A DNA stretch of 64,000 nt, taken from assembly GCF_006345805.1 (NCBI RefSeq), contig NC_043000.1:83638001-83702000 (forward strand), in the 5' to 3' direction. Positions within the stretch are counted from its first letter, which is position 1. Each line of letters starts with the position of its first letter. The position numbers and the translations under genes are program-made. This document shows positions 1-12,233 of this stretch, piece after piece. Below the pieces are notes generated by a model, which was given only the letters and a program-made list of their open reading frames with translations, did no database searches and was not told the DNA's origin. Origin of the DNA: Octopus sinensis. Its lineage: Eukaryota.

Positions 1-367
1 TAATTGACTTACCCCTCCCCTGAACTTGCTGGCCTTGTGCCAAAATTTAAAACTAATATTTTGGTTGATTGCACAAGATGCTTAGCAGCATTTCCTCCAA
101 CACTTTATATTCTGACTTCAAATGTTGCCAAAGTTGACTTTGCTTTTCACGCTTTTCACCAGTCAAGTACTGAGTTTGATGTAACCAACTTCCCCCTCCT
201 CTTAAAATTGCTGGCCTTGTGCCAAAATTTGAAAGAAATATTTTGATTGATTGTCAAAAATTTTAACTTACTATTTAATGCAAAATTTTATTATTTTCAC
301 TTTTGGCATTTCACTAACATCAGTGTATTTATCTGCTCTATCTCAATTGGAAAGTAATTCTATTACA

Positions 368-588
368 ATGAGAGGATGCTGAAAAGTTCCTGGCTTTGGG
401 TAAAAGAAAATACAGGAGGATCAGTTTATTATCATTCACACACCTATTGCAATTAATTATGAGTCACACACCTACTGCAGTAGGCTTTCAATTTTTCTAA
501 GCCCTGGAAAAGAACTCAGAAGATTGGGCCTCCAATCAGGCCGTTTGTGATACCCTTAAAGCCAAGAACTTTTCAGTACCCCCTTGTA
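368..588. mobile_element. Mariner-type MITE
   Basis: About 29-bp TIRs gagaggatgctgaaaagttcctggcttt (370-397) and aaagccaagaacttttcagtacccccttg-TA (558-588). Confidence 0.8.
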
Positions 589-707
589 TACAAGCTTACA
601 GGAGACATTCTGTTTCCAACATTCTCTTAATCCTACATTCTACATTTTTCAAAATGTACATCTTTCAGTTTTGACATTTTGTTAAATTTCTTTCCTTATC
701 TCTTTAG

Positions 708-917
708 TAGTGACAATGAAGGAAAAATGCTACTGTGGTGGCACAAATGCTTTTGTCAGATGATTTCCCAACTGGAGAATAAGACTTGTTCCACTACAGA
801 CATTGCACAGATACTATCAGCATTCATTCACATGTTGACTCCATTGGCTGAAGATAAAGACACAACTGGTATCCTTGGAGCTATTGGTTTAGGCAGAAGG
901 TCTACTTTGTCCATCAA
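708..917 (+). CDS. EPG5: EPG5 penultimate coding exon (autophagy tethering factor)
   Basis: Reads SDNEGKMLLWWHK...LTPLAEDKDTTGILGAIGLGRRSTLSIK, matching the recalled human C-terminal GLLGAIGLGRKSPLS. Acceptor ctctttag at 707 (alternative tag at 710); donor AA|gtaagg at 918, phase 2. Confidence 0.9.
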
Positions 918-1224
918 GTAAGGCATACTTTTCCCTTAATAATGGAGTTTGGTGATAATAGTTTTCTTGTAACGATTATTTGCCAATCTGATGTGATGCA
1001 TGTCTATAAAGGACACAGATTGTGTGTCATATAGCATTCACCCCAAATGGGACTGCCACATTAGATTGGCAAATAATCGTTGTTACTTTCAAGTGCTGCT
1101 ACTGAATATCTCTCATTGAGAGATTTAAGAACAATAATAGTTTTCTTGTACTAATGCTTGTATATATATTTATGTATTTGTGTGTGTGTGTGTGTGTGTA
1201 TAGGTCAAAAATAAGGAGTGTATT

Positions 1225-1610
1225 GCACTATTTACTCGTTTCAGTCATTTGACTGTGGCCATGCTGGAGCACTGCCTTTAGTCGAGGAAATCGACCCCAG
1301 GACTTATTCTTTGTAAGCCTAGTACTTATTCTATCGGTCTCTTTTGTTACGGGGACGTAAACACACCAGCATTGGTTGTCAACCGATGTTGGTGGGGACA
1401 AACACAACACACAAACATACACACATATATATATATACATATATACAACGGGCTTCTTTCAGTTTCCGTCTACCAAATCCACTCACAAGGCTTTGGTCGG
1501 CCCGAGGCTATAGTAGAAGACACTTGCCCAAGGTGCCACGCAGTGGGACTGAACCCGGAACCATGTGGTTCGTAAGCAAGCTACTTACCACACAGCCACT
1601 CCTACGCCTA
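1225..1610 (-). mobile_element. tRNA-derived SINE family A (internal (TA/TG)n)
   Basis: Reverse complement of 12234-12629. Confidence 0.9.
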
Positions 1611-2981
1611 TAATATTTTCAGAAGTCAACATGTATAGTAATAAACAAACAAACGGAAAAAAGACACAGAAGGTCAAGTCGAAAACCATACACTAAATGC
1701 ACAGATGAACAGAGAACAAACACAGAAGGTCACCAACTCCTCATCAGTTATTGGTCAGCGGGGGTCAGGCGCAATTTCATGCCATTATTGATAATATTAC
1801 TTCCACCCTGGAGGTAACCAGCAAGAGAACTTGTTGGGAATATGACCAAAACATAACAAAACAAAATTAGATGGATGTATTCCTTGTTCATCCTAGTTTG
1901 TCCATCTCATTTTGTTTTATGTTCAGTCATCTTGCATGGCACCTTGGGCAAGTGTCTTCTACTGTAGCCTCAGACTGATGAAAGCCTTGTGGTTGGATTT
2001 GATAGCTGGAAAGTGAAAGAAGCATGTCTTATGTATATCTATGTATGTATGTATGTATGTCTTTGTCTCCCACCATCACTTGACAACTGGTGCTGGTTTG
2101 TTTATGACCTTGAAACCTAATGTTTCAGCAAAAAGAGACTGAAAAGATAAGTATTAGGCTTAAAAGGAAAATTACTAGGAATGACTAAACTCTTCAAGGC
2201 CACAGCATGGCCACTGTCCAGTAACTGAAACAAGTAAAGGATATATGTATGCGTGTGTATATATATATATATTTATATGTGTGTGTGTGTATATATATAT
2301 TTGTATTCATGCATATATAGGCACACATACGTATACAGATATACATATGTATATATGCATGTACATATATTTGTATATTATGTATATGTGTATATATGTG
2401 TATGTATTTATATGGCCATATTGTTAAACTTTTTTTCAACCATGTGGTCTTGTGGTCAGTCCCACTGCATGACATCTTGGGCCAGTGTCTCCCACTGTAG
2501 CCCCAGTTTGATGAAAGTATTGGTAGTCAGAAAATGAAAGAAGCCTGATATATATATGTGTGTATGTAAATATATGTATATGTTTGTGTGTTAAGTATTG
2601 ACATTGTGATGGTAGAATATCTGCAACAAATTCCATCTGACCCATGCAAATATCTAAAAGTTGTCATTAAACAATAATAATGATGATATATTACTTCAAA
2701 GACTAGAATGAAGAGGTCTGAAGTAGAACATAGATTGGCTGCCTCCAGTTTAGTAAATTTATGACGGAGCTCATATAATTTTGCACATGCATTCAAAGCT
2801 ATTTACTAGAGTGCTTTTGAAAGCTGAATTCAAGCTTATTATCACAAGTCACTACAGAAGTTCAACTCTATTTAAGAATATTCTCATACTCATATACAGG
2901 TGTATGCCATTGTGTGCATGTATACTTGTTAATGAAATATAATTAATTGGTGTGTAATAATAATTTGTATTTGTTTTTCAG

Positions 2982-3294
2982 ATTCCGGCTCACCTGTCGT
3001 GCTTTGTATGTATTTCTGCAAACCACTCTCCACCCTGATCTGACTTTACGAGTTCATCCAGAGATGTCTATTGTATTGCACTCACCTGGTAAACAAGCAC
3101 TGAATGCCCTCCGAAACCTTAAAACTAACCGACAGTATTGTTCATTGTTAACTACTATAAACTACTGTTCAGATTTTGTTGTCAACCCGGCCAATGTTTT
3201 CCATGATTCCGTGAAACTTTTGGAATATCTAGCACGTTCTTTTTATTCTCACAAAGGTTATTGGGCAGTGAATTTACCTCCACTCACACCTTGA
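2982..3294 (+). CDS. EPG5: EPG5 terminal coding exon
   Basis: Acceptor ttgtttttcag ends at 2981; AA|A gives K in frame. FRLTCRALYVFLQ...KQALNALRNLKTNRQY...LPPLTP* parallels human FRVVARSMAAFL...QQALNALESMASSKQY. TGA at 3292-3294. Confidence 0.9.
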
Positions 3295-5654
3295 CTCTTT
3301 AATAATTTCAGAGATAACTGTCTTTATTTCTTCATTTACTCTTCCCCATTGGTTCAACCAACTAAAATTAAGTTGGTCAACTGAGTTTCCTCCCCTTTTT
3401 TAAGGCTGTTTCAGTCCCTCCCTTATTCACTTGCTGAGGAGGGTAAAATTTTAGTTACCTCTTTTTTTTATTAGTTTTAAACATCTTGTATACTATATAT
3501 TGCTGAAGTATTATATTTCAAGATCTTCAAACGTTACTATTATTAACTTACTCTAATGAGCTTTGGAAAACACTGAAATATCACATCAACTAAAAAAATA
3601 TTTAGACGACTTTTACAAAATAAGTTATATATAAAAAAATATTTTGTTTAATGTCTATGACATTAATATATATATATATATGAAATGATCCAGCCAAAAT
3701 TTATTTTAAGAAGAACGGCTTAAGTATGTATACCTGTAAAAGATGGGTGTTTTTTCTCTCTTCATACCTTAACATTTAACTCTTTCCTCAATGCCATACA
3801 ATGCACATGAGGTAGACAAGCACTCATAACCATTTGGAAGTTATTTTTTTCATATCTTGTTGATAGATATGTATAAAAAAAATAATAATCAATCTGCAAT
3901 AGCTCTATAATTCTTGTGTGCAGATCATGTAAAATAGCTGGATTCTCTGTTTCCCTTTTACTTACTGTGGATATCAGCATGTGGTTATGTGTTTGAAGTC
4001 AATGTCTTATGAAGGTATCAATTATCATTTTTAAACCAGACACAACTTCCTTATGTATTGGTCACAGACACATGTCTGGAAAACATATCATATATTTATT
4101 TGTCTTTCATTAAATGTTCAAATATTTGAATATATGTGAATTAACACATATATATGTACATACACACTCTCACAAATACACACACACACATATATATATA
4201 TATACATATATATGTGAAAATATTGTATAAAAATACCTTTTGTATATTTTGAAATTCCACAACTGTTTTCTTTATTTATTCATTTTTTTTTGTGTATGCG
4301 TACCACTCGAGTTATTGTAGTTCTTTCTTTTCTTTTCTGTCTTTTTTTTTTTCTCAACTGTGTCTTGTTTTTAGTTTAAAATATGAAATCTACCTTCATG
4401 CCTGTTGAAGCTGTTCAGTGTACAGAAGTATGCTAAACTGCCATTGTTGCTCATCTCAATAACTCACTGAGACAATATGATGCAAAAATAAATTATAAGC
4501 TTTTGTTATTGTCTTTCAAATTTCTTTGGATACCATTTCTTAAAAAAAATATACAATCTGATTTAATAGATCTGCAAAACAATGGAATATGTCATTTTAC
4601 ATCAGTTGAAGAAGTTCTCCATTTATAGTAGATGCAGTAGAAATCTTGCTGGTGTTGGGAGTTGATATAAAGCAAAGTTTTTTTAAAAATCAACACACGT
4701 TTCAATGAATTCTTTTTAATACCATATAATATATGTTAGAAAGGAATCATCACCTAGAGTAATTTATGTTATTAATTCATCATTATAAGCTGAACAATAC
4801 ATAATTAAATATTACATTAATTATTTGAAAATCTAAATATGACAAAATACGTTTATTATGATATTGGAAAAACATAATTATGAAAATTACCTGAATTGCA
4901 ATTCAGCTGAGTTTTGATAATTTCAAATTTTTAATCAGCTTTAATTATTCTATAAGTCTTGATTCAAAATTTGAGACTGCTTTCATTGTGGTAACATATT
5001 TTATTAAAGGAACATTAATTGTTCTCTCAAAAGGATTTCTGAACTGTAGAGAAATAAATATAAACATTTTTTATTCTATATATATTCAGTTTCTTTCCAT
5101 ATTGTTTCTAATCATTAAATAATCTTATTGACAATAACTGTCTTTCTTTAAATGCTGGCATTCATTCTGTTTTAATGAGTCACATAGCCTTGTTTTACAA
5201 GAAAGAGAGGAAGAGATTTGGTAGTATAAGCAGCATAACCAAGAGGAGAAAATATCTACAATTAAGAATTCAAACTGGGTTGTAGCCTTAGATTACTATA
5301 AACTGGTTTTCTTTACTCTATGAAACATATTTGGATATAAAATATTGATTAAACTTACAAGGAATTTCTCTGAGTGGCAATGAAGAATCTATATTCCACA
5401 ATGATGAACAAAATTAAAATATATTTTAGTAATTGGAAAAATATATATCTAAAAGAAACCTGTAATGTATGCAAAGAATGACATCTCATTAAAACAAGAA
5501 CTGTAACTAATGAAGTTATAAGTAATTTGGTAGATTATTGTGTTTCCAATTGATTCTATTACAGAATAACCAATATAAAGAATCACAAAAGTGGTTGATA
5601 ACAGTTGTCAATAGTTATAAATGTTTGTGATAGCTGAGTCTTTTAAATGAAGTT

Positions 5655-6035
5655 ATGGTTATTAGCACACTAGGGAAATGCTTAACATCATTTTTTCTGT
5701 CTTTATGTTCTGAGTTCAAATTCTGCCAAGATCAACTTCACTTTTCATCCTTTCAGGGTCAATAAAATAAGTACCAGTTGAGCACTGGGGTTGATGTAAT
5801 TGACTAAGCCCTCTCCCCTGAAATTACTGGCCTCGTGCCAAAAAGTGAAACCATTATTATTATTAATAAGGCGGTGAGCTGGCAGAACTGCTGGCATGTT
5901 GGGCTAAATGCTTAGTGGCATTTTGGCTATCTTTATGTTCTGAGTTCAAATTTGCTTTCCATCCTTCCAGCGTTGATAAAATAAGTACTAAACAATTTAC
6001 CTCCAACCCCCAAAATTTCTGCCAAAATTTTAAAC

Positions 6036-6068
<33 letters not shown>

Positions 6069-7860
6069 GGCATTGAGCTGGCAGAGTCATTACAGCATCA
6101 GACAAAAATGCTTAGATTCTGAGTTCGAATTCTACTGAGGTCAGCTTTGTATTTCATCCTTTTAGGGTCATTGAAATAAGTACCAGTTGTGCACTGAGGT
6201 TGATGTAATCTTCTTACCCTTTCATCCTGGAGGGAAAGTGCGATGACGTACTTGGGGAAACTCTGGATGTCTATGAAAATTAATTAACCAGTCTGTTTCA
6301 GAGAACTTTCATACCTGGGCCTATGGATAACTTCCAGAAATCCCTTGCCTGGCAGTTCTATCAAGGGGTGCTGCCTGTTTGAGATAAACTTTACAGGCAG
6401 GGAAGTGCCATCAGCTGAGCCTGCCGGAGGTGTGTGCAGGGTGATGAAACTGTTCTGCATGCCCTCGCCCAGTGCCTGAGTATTGCTGACCTGTGGGCTT
6501 ATACTGAACACCTGCTGCCGCGTGTAGGATGAATGCAGCTATTGGCTGAATCCATTGTGAAGGTTGCCCTGTTGCCCTCTTTTGGCTGAGAAGGGCAGGC
6601 AATTTTTATTTGTGTAGTGGCTGTAGCAAAAGAGGTAGTGTGGCGGACCCATTTGAAAGGGCTAAAGACAGACACTTTCCTCTTTGGCCAAGCCCTCATC
6701 AACTTCTTCAAGTTTCACTTGAAGAGGAAAGTGAGGGTGGAGAAGGAAGTGTTGCCTTCCAGCAAGTTTGTTGAAAGGTGGGTGAATGTTGGAAGAATGA
6801 CCAGTGTGAAAGGACCAATTCTAAGCGTGCACCTGTAAATTAAAGGAGAAGGGCTCTTGCCCTGTTGTTCAGGAACCCATGGCTTTTGTGGGTTTTTCCA
6901 CGAGGACCTTTAAAGCGCCTCCCCTATGGGAGTTTTAATTTAATTTTTTATTGTTATAAATTGTTTACATGCTGTAAAACCCTTTGTCTTGTCTTGTGTT
7001 GTCTTTTATGTTTATGTCATGTCATTTAAAGTTAGTGTATGTGAGCCATTGTGGCTAATAAAAGAATTAATTATTATTATTACTAAGGTAGCAAGTTGGC
7101 TGAATCATTAGCATGTTGAAGAAAATGCTTCATGGCATTTCTTCCAGCTTTATGTTTTGAGTTCAAATTCTGCCAAGGTCGACTTTGCCTTTTATCCTTT
7201 TGGGGTCAGTAAAATACATACTAGTTATGCACTAGGGTTGATGCAATCAACTAGCTCCTCCTCACAAAATTTCAGCCCTGTGCCTATTCTAGAAAAGATT
7301 ATTATTATTACTAAGGTGGCAAGCTGGCATAACCCTTTATAGCATCAGACAAAATGCTTCTTTGGGTTTTTTATGTTCTGATTTCAAATTCTTCTTAAGT
7401 CAAATTTGCCTTTCATCCTTTTGGGGTCATTAAAATCTAATACCAGTCAAGTGCTAGGGTTGATGTAATTGATTTGCTCTTCCCCTAAAATTGCTGGCAT
7501 TGTGCCAAAATTTGAAATATTATTATAAATGCCAGGGTAGTAGATTGGCAGAATCGTTACTATGTCATATAAAATGCCTTGCAACATTTTTTCCAGCTCT
7601 TTACATTTTGAGTTCAAATCCTGTCAAAGTCAGTTTTGCCATTTATCCTTCTGGAGTTAATAAATAAAGTACTAGTCAAATTCTGGAGTTGATTCAGTCA
7701 ACTAACTCCTCCCTGCAAATTTATGGCCTTGTGTCTATTATTAGGAGTATTAGGTAGGTAGAATGGCAGAAATGGTAAAGTGTTAGATTAAACATCCTGT
7801 CCCTTTACAATCTCAGTTCAGATTCCTACTGAAGTATGTAGACTCTGCCTGTCATTCTCA
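5655..7860 (+). mobile_element. Head-to-tail array of about 7 SINE family B copies (aaggcggtgagctggcagaa...ttgtgccaaaatttgaaac), interrupted by the Tx1 fragment
   Basis: Copies start near 5655, 5868, 6066, 7084, 7312, 7535 and 7750, mostly separated by (att)n. Other copies at 1-245+ (two), 11330-11530+, 30637-30860-, 42577-42795-, 59367-59800- (two), 61070-61260-. Confidence 0.88.
6225..7080 (+). mobile_element. 5'-truncated copy of the same Tx1-like family
   Basis: Colinear with the reverse complement of about 21145-21970 (VAVAKEVVWRTHLKGLKT...FFKFHLKRKVRVE); ends tgtggctaataaaagaa followed by (att)n. Confidence 0.9.
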
Positions 7861-7869
7861 GGAGCTATA

Positions 7870-8300
7870 ATCTCTGCTGATAACAAAGAACTTCTCTGTT
7901 AGAACAAAGAGCAGATTGTAAGATGATTGTGTATGAAAGCAATGTTGCATGGAAACAAGCTGTGGGTTTTGAATGCAGAAGATTTATGAAGACTAGAAAG
8001 AACTGAAGTGAGTATGCTCTGCTGGATGTGTAATTTTGGTGTACATGAATGACAGAATTGAAGTACACAGAGAGAAAAACTGGATACAAAAGGAATCTGA
8101 TGCAGAGTATGAGAAAAGACAAAGAGAATGGACATATAAAGAATGACAGTCATATAAAGAAGTGCAAAGCATTGAAAGTGGATGGAATGCGAGATATTGG
8201 ATTTCACAAAGGAAATGAGAAAGGACCATGATAATTAGCAACATGCCGTGTTGTAGAAGAAGATCTGCCAATTCACACAATTTGGAGGGATTTCAGTTCA
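7870..8300 (+). mobile_element. RTE LINE fragment (RT C-terminal), degenerate
   Basis: MLHGNKLW...RLERTEVSMLCWMCN...IKKCKALKVDG pattern with stops and indels. Confidence 0.75.
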
Positions 8301-8675
8301 GAATGTTAAGAGCACTAACCCCAAAATTCCAAATACATATACTATCATAAATATTTCTTTCAGTCATCACTTTATATAAGCTTAAATTAAATTATTTGTT
8401 AGAATTCATGAAAAGATTTAGAGGGGTGGTTTTTAACCTCATCACTAATATTTGGAGATAAAATATGTCATCAAATGCTATGTACATATATGAAACAACA
8501 TAAAGACATTGAAATGGTATCTTTTCAATGGACTAAACCACCTCCTCTAAAATGTACAGCCTTGTGCCAATCAGTGTCAGAAATTAAACAAAAAGATAAT
8601 TTCCATGAGATCTTTCTGAAAAGAAATCATCATCATACTGACATGATGATAAATCTGTATTTAGCTGTACAGCCC

Positions 8676-8681
8676 TTTATT
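8676..8681 (-). promoter_or_regulatory. Candidate polyadenylation signal of TBC1D32
   Basis: AATAAA on - about 120 nt past the stop codon. The sequence is AT-rich, so a chance match is possible. Confidence 0.35.
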
Positions 8682-8800
8682 CTTTGAACTTTTTCTTTCC
8701 AATGAGTTTTCACTGACCGACATAGTTGAAACAATGGCCATAGAATAATTTAAAATGACTTATGAACCATTCTGAATTGTCATTGCAATTCGAAGTCAAA

Positions 8801-8935
8801 TTATTTGATATCATTTTTCTTACTATTGGTTCTTTCAACACACATTTCGGACAGAAGCAGGTCTCGGTAAGTGACTTCCAACTTTTTCATAAAATTCAAA
8901 TAATGACAGATATGAAATCCACGAATTGGTTCTTC
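8801..8935 (-). CDS. TBC1D32: TBC1D32 terminal exon (exon C)
   Basis: gttttatttcag|EEPIRGFHICHYLNFMKKLEVTYRDLLLSEMCVERTNSKKNDIK*; human [31 protein letters not shown]. TAA at 8803-8801. Confidence 0.95.
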   Translation of the reverse strand, partial: EEPIRGFHICHYLNFMKKLEVTYRDLLLSEMCVERTNSKKNDIK

Positions 8936-9774
8936 CTGAAATAAAACATGTCAGCATAAGTGTATGTAACAGACACACACACACATATATGTATAGATAT
9001 GTTAATACAATAATACCGCATTCCCACCTTTTTATGTCCCATCCCAATGAAATTGAAGACAGTTATAATGTATAATAGAACATACCTACAGATTTAATAG
9101 CTAACATTGTGTAGGTCGTACACCAATACAATATGTTTGTGGACATAAAAAGAAGTATACAGTTGAACTTTTGATTCAATACTTGTTGGAGTCATTGTCA
9201 AATGCTGTAAACACACCAGCAATATTCCAACTAGCTGCCATGAAATGTGTTAAATATATAAACTGGTCTATGTTCAGGTGCTAATAAGGATTCCAACAAG
9301 AACTGAAATGTGTACAACCATTCTCTCTTATTCTGCCCATGGACATATACATGTATTGTTTATAGTGGTTGTAATACACAGTGTTGGCTAATGAATCAAC
9401 ATATGATATATTATAGAACATATGAATATGTTCTAAAATATATTAAAGCAACAAAAAATCCCTCAAAAACAAAAATCACGGAACATCAGTCATTTAATGT
9501 TATACACACACACATATATAAATGTAATAAATCAATATAAATTTATAGATACATTATATAATACAGTATAGAAATGAAATGAAAAAACACTGTTAACATA
9601 CCAATGATTTAATGTTTGATCAAGCTGACAAAATATATACTATTTATATTACTCTCAGATTGACGAAGAAACATTTAAAATAAAGTAAGGTATGTATGTA
9701 TGTATGTATATATATATATATATATATTCAAAATGTAACCACATGTTAGTGACTTTCTTCCTTTCTATTGGACT

Positions 9775-9880
9775 TTCCTCTGTTTCTGAAGAAGAGCGTT
9801 GCTTGAAATGTTAAACCATCTTTCCTTCCCTGAGCTTCTGCAAGGATGTGGTATATGTAACATGTACCACATCCTCACGT
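9775..9880 (+). ncRNA. Degenerate minimal hammerhead-like motif plus hairpin (PLE-derived relic)
   Basis: CTGAAGA 9786-9792, gagc/gctt stem, GAAA 9805-9808, but no clean stem III or NUH. Perfect 11-bp stem aggatgtggta/taccacatcct at 9843-9875. Confidence 0.35.
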
Positions 9881-10922
9881 TGTTGTTTTATTTGTGCTTT
9901 TTGTTCTTTTTTTTGGGGGGGGGGATTTAGTATATATATATATATATATATATTCCTTTAATCTTTTACTGATTATCACACTGTGGACATGCTGAGATAC
10001 CATCTACAAGGGCTTAATCCCAGTAATTATTTTTCACTTTGGTACTTATTTTATTAATGGGTATTTATTGAACTGTTATGTTACAATACATCAAAAGATT
10101 ACTAGTTTTAAGTGGAATAAACATGTACACATATTCACACACTGATCCATGTACCTTTAGGCATTATCATAAGCCTAATGAAAGGCTATTCTATATTAAC
10201 AAGGGTTCCAATCATCTGCTCTGTATACTTAAGAACATAGTAACATAGGTAAATGTGTTTTCTCCTTGTCATTGAACAAAGTGGCTTTTAACAATGTCTT
10301 TTTGTACTACAATGCAGTACTTCAAGTTTTCCAAGAATATCTGTTATATTTGTAGTGTAAATAACACCAGAGACCTCACAGAACTAGAATGGATTTTAGT
10401 TTAACCTGGTATTCAGCATGAATATTAGAAGTAATGTAGCTGGAGAATTTTAAAATTTAGTATATAGGCATTTTCACAGAGGCATAAGTATTAAACAACT
10501 TTTAAAAAAAGGACTACTGACGATTAGCTATTCTTGTTGCAAAATCTTTGCCTCATTCATTAACCAGCACAATGTAAGTTGGCCCAACAGACCTAATGGA
10601 TATTATTCCAGACCTCCATGTAATTATAAATATGTCAGTTACTGTCCACTAAATAGTAATTATCCCATCAAAGCAGTTGCTTATAGGGCTGGCCTATAAA
10701 CAACACAACATAATAAGCCAACTTGTTTATTGGTATACTTCTTCACCCTAGCAATAAACTTGTTTTCTAGTATACTTTGTAGCCCCAGCTATGATGAGGC
10801 ATGAATGTCTGGCCTGAATTTTAGTCACATTGGTCTTTCATTAGCAGAAGTATCTCTTCCACACATGCCATGACTAAAGATGATAGCAGTAATTTGTTGA
10901 CTGAATCAGTTGATATTTATAG

Positions 10923-11072
10923 TTGAAACTGCATACTGCATACCTGAATAGAAGAAAATCCAGACATTGTAAAGGCAGCTGCTATAAGTGGCAACTCAAT
11001 TTGTAATAGGAAATCAACATAATGAGCTGTTGTTGAGTAAAGGACAGATATCTCACTTGCTATGGGTTCAAC
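10923..11072 (-). pseudogene. Duplicated copy (A') of TBC1D32 exon 13401-13529 plus 21 nt of its downstream intron
   Basis: 10923-11072 equals 13380-13529 with 2 substitutions. Donor CAG|gtatgc is intact; the upstream junction reads aacag|ttgaa instead of cacag|gttgaa. Confidence 0.9.
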
Positions 11073-11724
11073 TGTTGACAGTTTGTTGTCTGTTCATCCA
11101 CTCAGCATCTAGTTCATCAGTTGAAATAATTCACATCTACCATGCTGTATCCCAGGATTTCAGTATACTCTGGCTCAGGTGGTTACATGCTATTTTATCC
11201 ATAGCCAGGACACTGACAGTTGCTACAACTCAAGGTCTGAGAAGAGTGGGGAACAATAGCAGTTACGAAGTGGTCCCACACTCCACAATATCCTGGAACA
11301 CCCAAACCTGGATCCCACTTCTGGATGCAGAATTGTTAGCATGCCAGGCAAAATGCTTTGCTGCATTTTGTCTATCCTTACGTTCTGAGTTCAAATTCTG
11401 CCAAAGTCAACTTTCCTTTTCATCCTTTTGGGCTCAATAAATTAAGTACCAGTCAAGCACTGGGGTTGATGTAGTTGACTTGTCCCCTCCCTTAAAATTT
11501 CAGGCCTTGTGACTACAGTAGAAATGATCATTATAATATACTCTATATACAATATTAATATATATTATTAAGTTGAGTTTGTGTTTAAATCTTGCTTGGA
11601 TTATGTTTTGGATTATTTTTAATATAAATGTTTACGTTGAGCCAATCTCCTTGAAAAACTAATCTTGTGTATAACAATAAAAATAAACCATTAATTATAG
11701 AATAAATGAAAAGAATGTTCTTAC

Positions 11725-11913
11725 CTTGAGGAATATAAGTAAGGTTTGTTGCTGGGCACGACTGAGAATTTCTGTCTGCAGGTAATGAAGAATTGCAATA
11801 CATAAATAGATTTGGTAGTCAGCTCCAAGAACACAGCATGTACATATGTAGTGTACAATATCTGACCAATCTAAATAATTCCAGAAACACTGCTGGAGCC
11901 ATTGCTGACAAAC
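11725..11913 (-). CDS. TBC1D32: TBC1D32 exon 12 of 13 visible (exon B, phase 0-0)
   Basis: [63 protein letters not shown]|gtaaga; human [46 protein letters not shown]. Confidence 0.97.
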
Positions 11914-12233
11914 CTGTCATTGGAATAAGATCAGCATTTGTAAATGTATTAATTAATGTTCACTGAAATTACAGTTTGGATAACTTTACTAATGAATAAA
12001 TTACAAGGATAAAACCAGAGTCAGCTAAACTATTGCGTGACAATCCTACTTTAGATGGTTAAGGCAATAGTTCATTGGCAGGTTTAATATGTTATGCAAT
12101 GTACTGATTCCTAATATGTCCATGTATGTATGCATGTATTTTTGTATGTGTGTGAGTGTATATACATATATATATATCATGCTAGCATAGATGACAGATG
12201 TTAAATGATGATGATGATGATATATATATATAA

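Noticed and set aside
1344-1613. Recurrent ORFs containing LPNPLTRLWSARGYSRRHLPKVP (also 12046-12465, 17105-17377)
   Set aside because: Antisense translation of SINE family A, not a gene family.
1700-1800. CTGATGAG on - strand (and CTGAAGA at about 32425-32432) as hammerheads
   Set aside because: No correctly placed stem II-GAAA-stem III-NUH follows; at most these are broken relics.
9115-9277. + strand exon-like ORF GRTPIQYVCGHKKKYTVELLIQYLLES..., superficially ankyrin-like
   Set aside because: No partner exons, a weak donor, and it lies within a decayed palindrome that explains the sequence.
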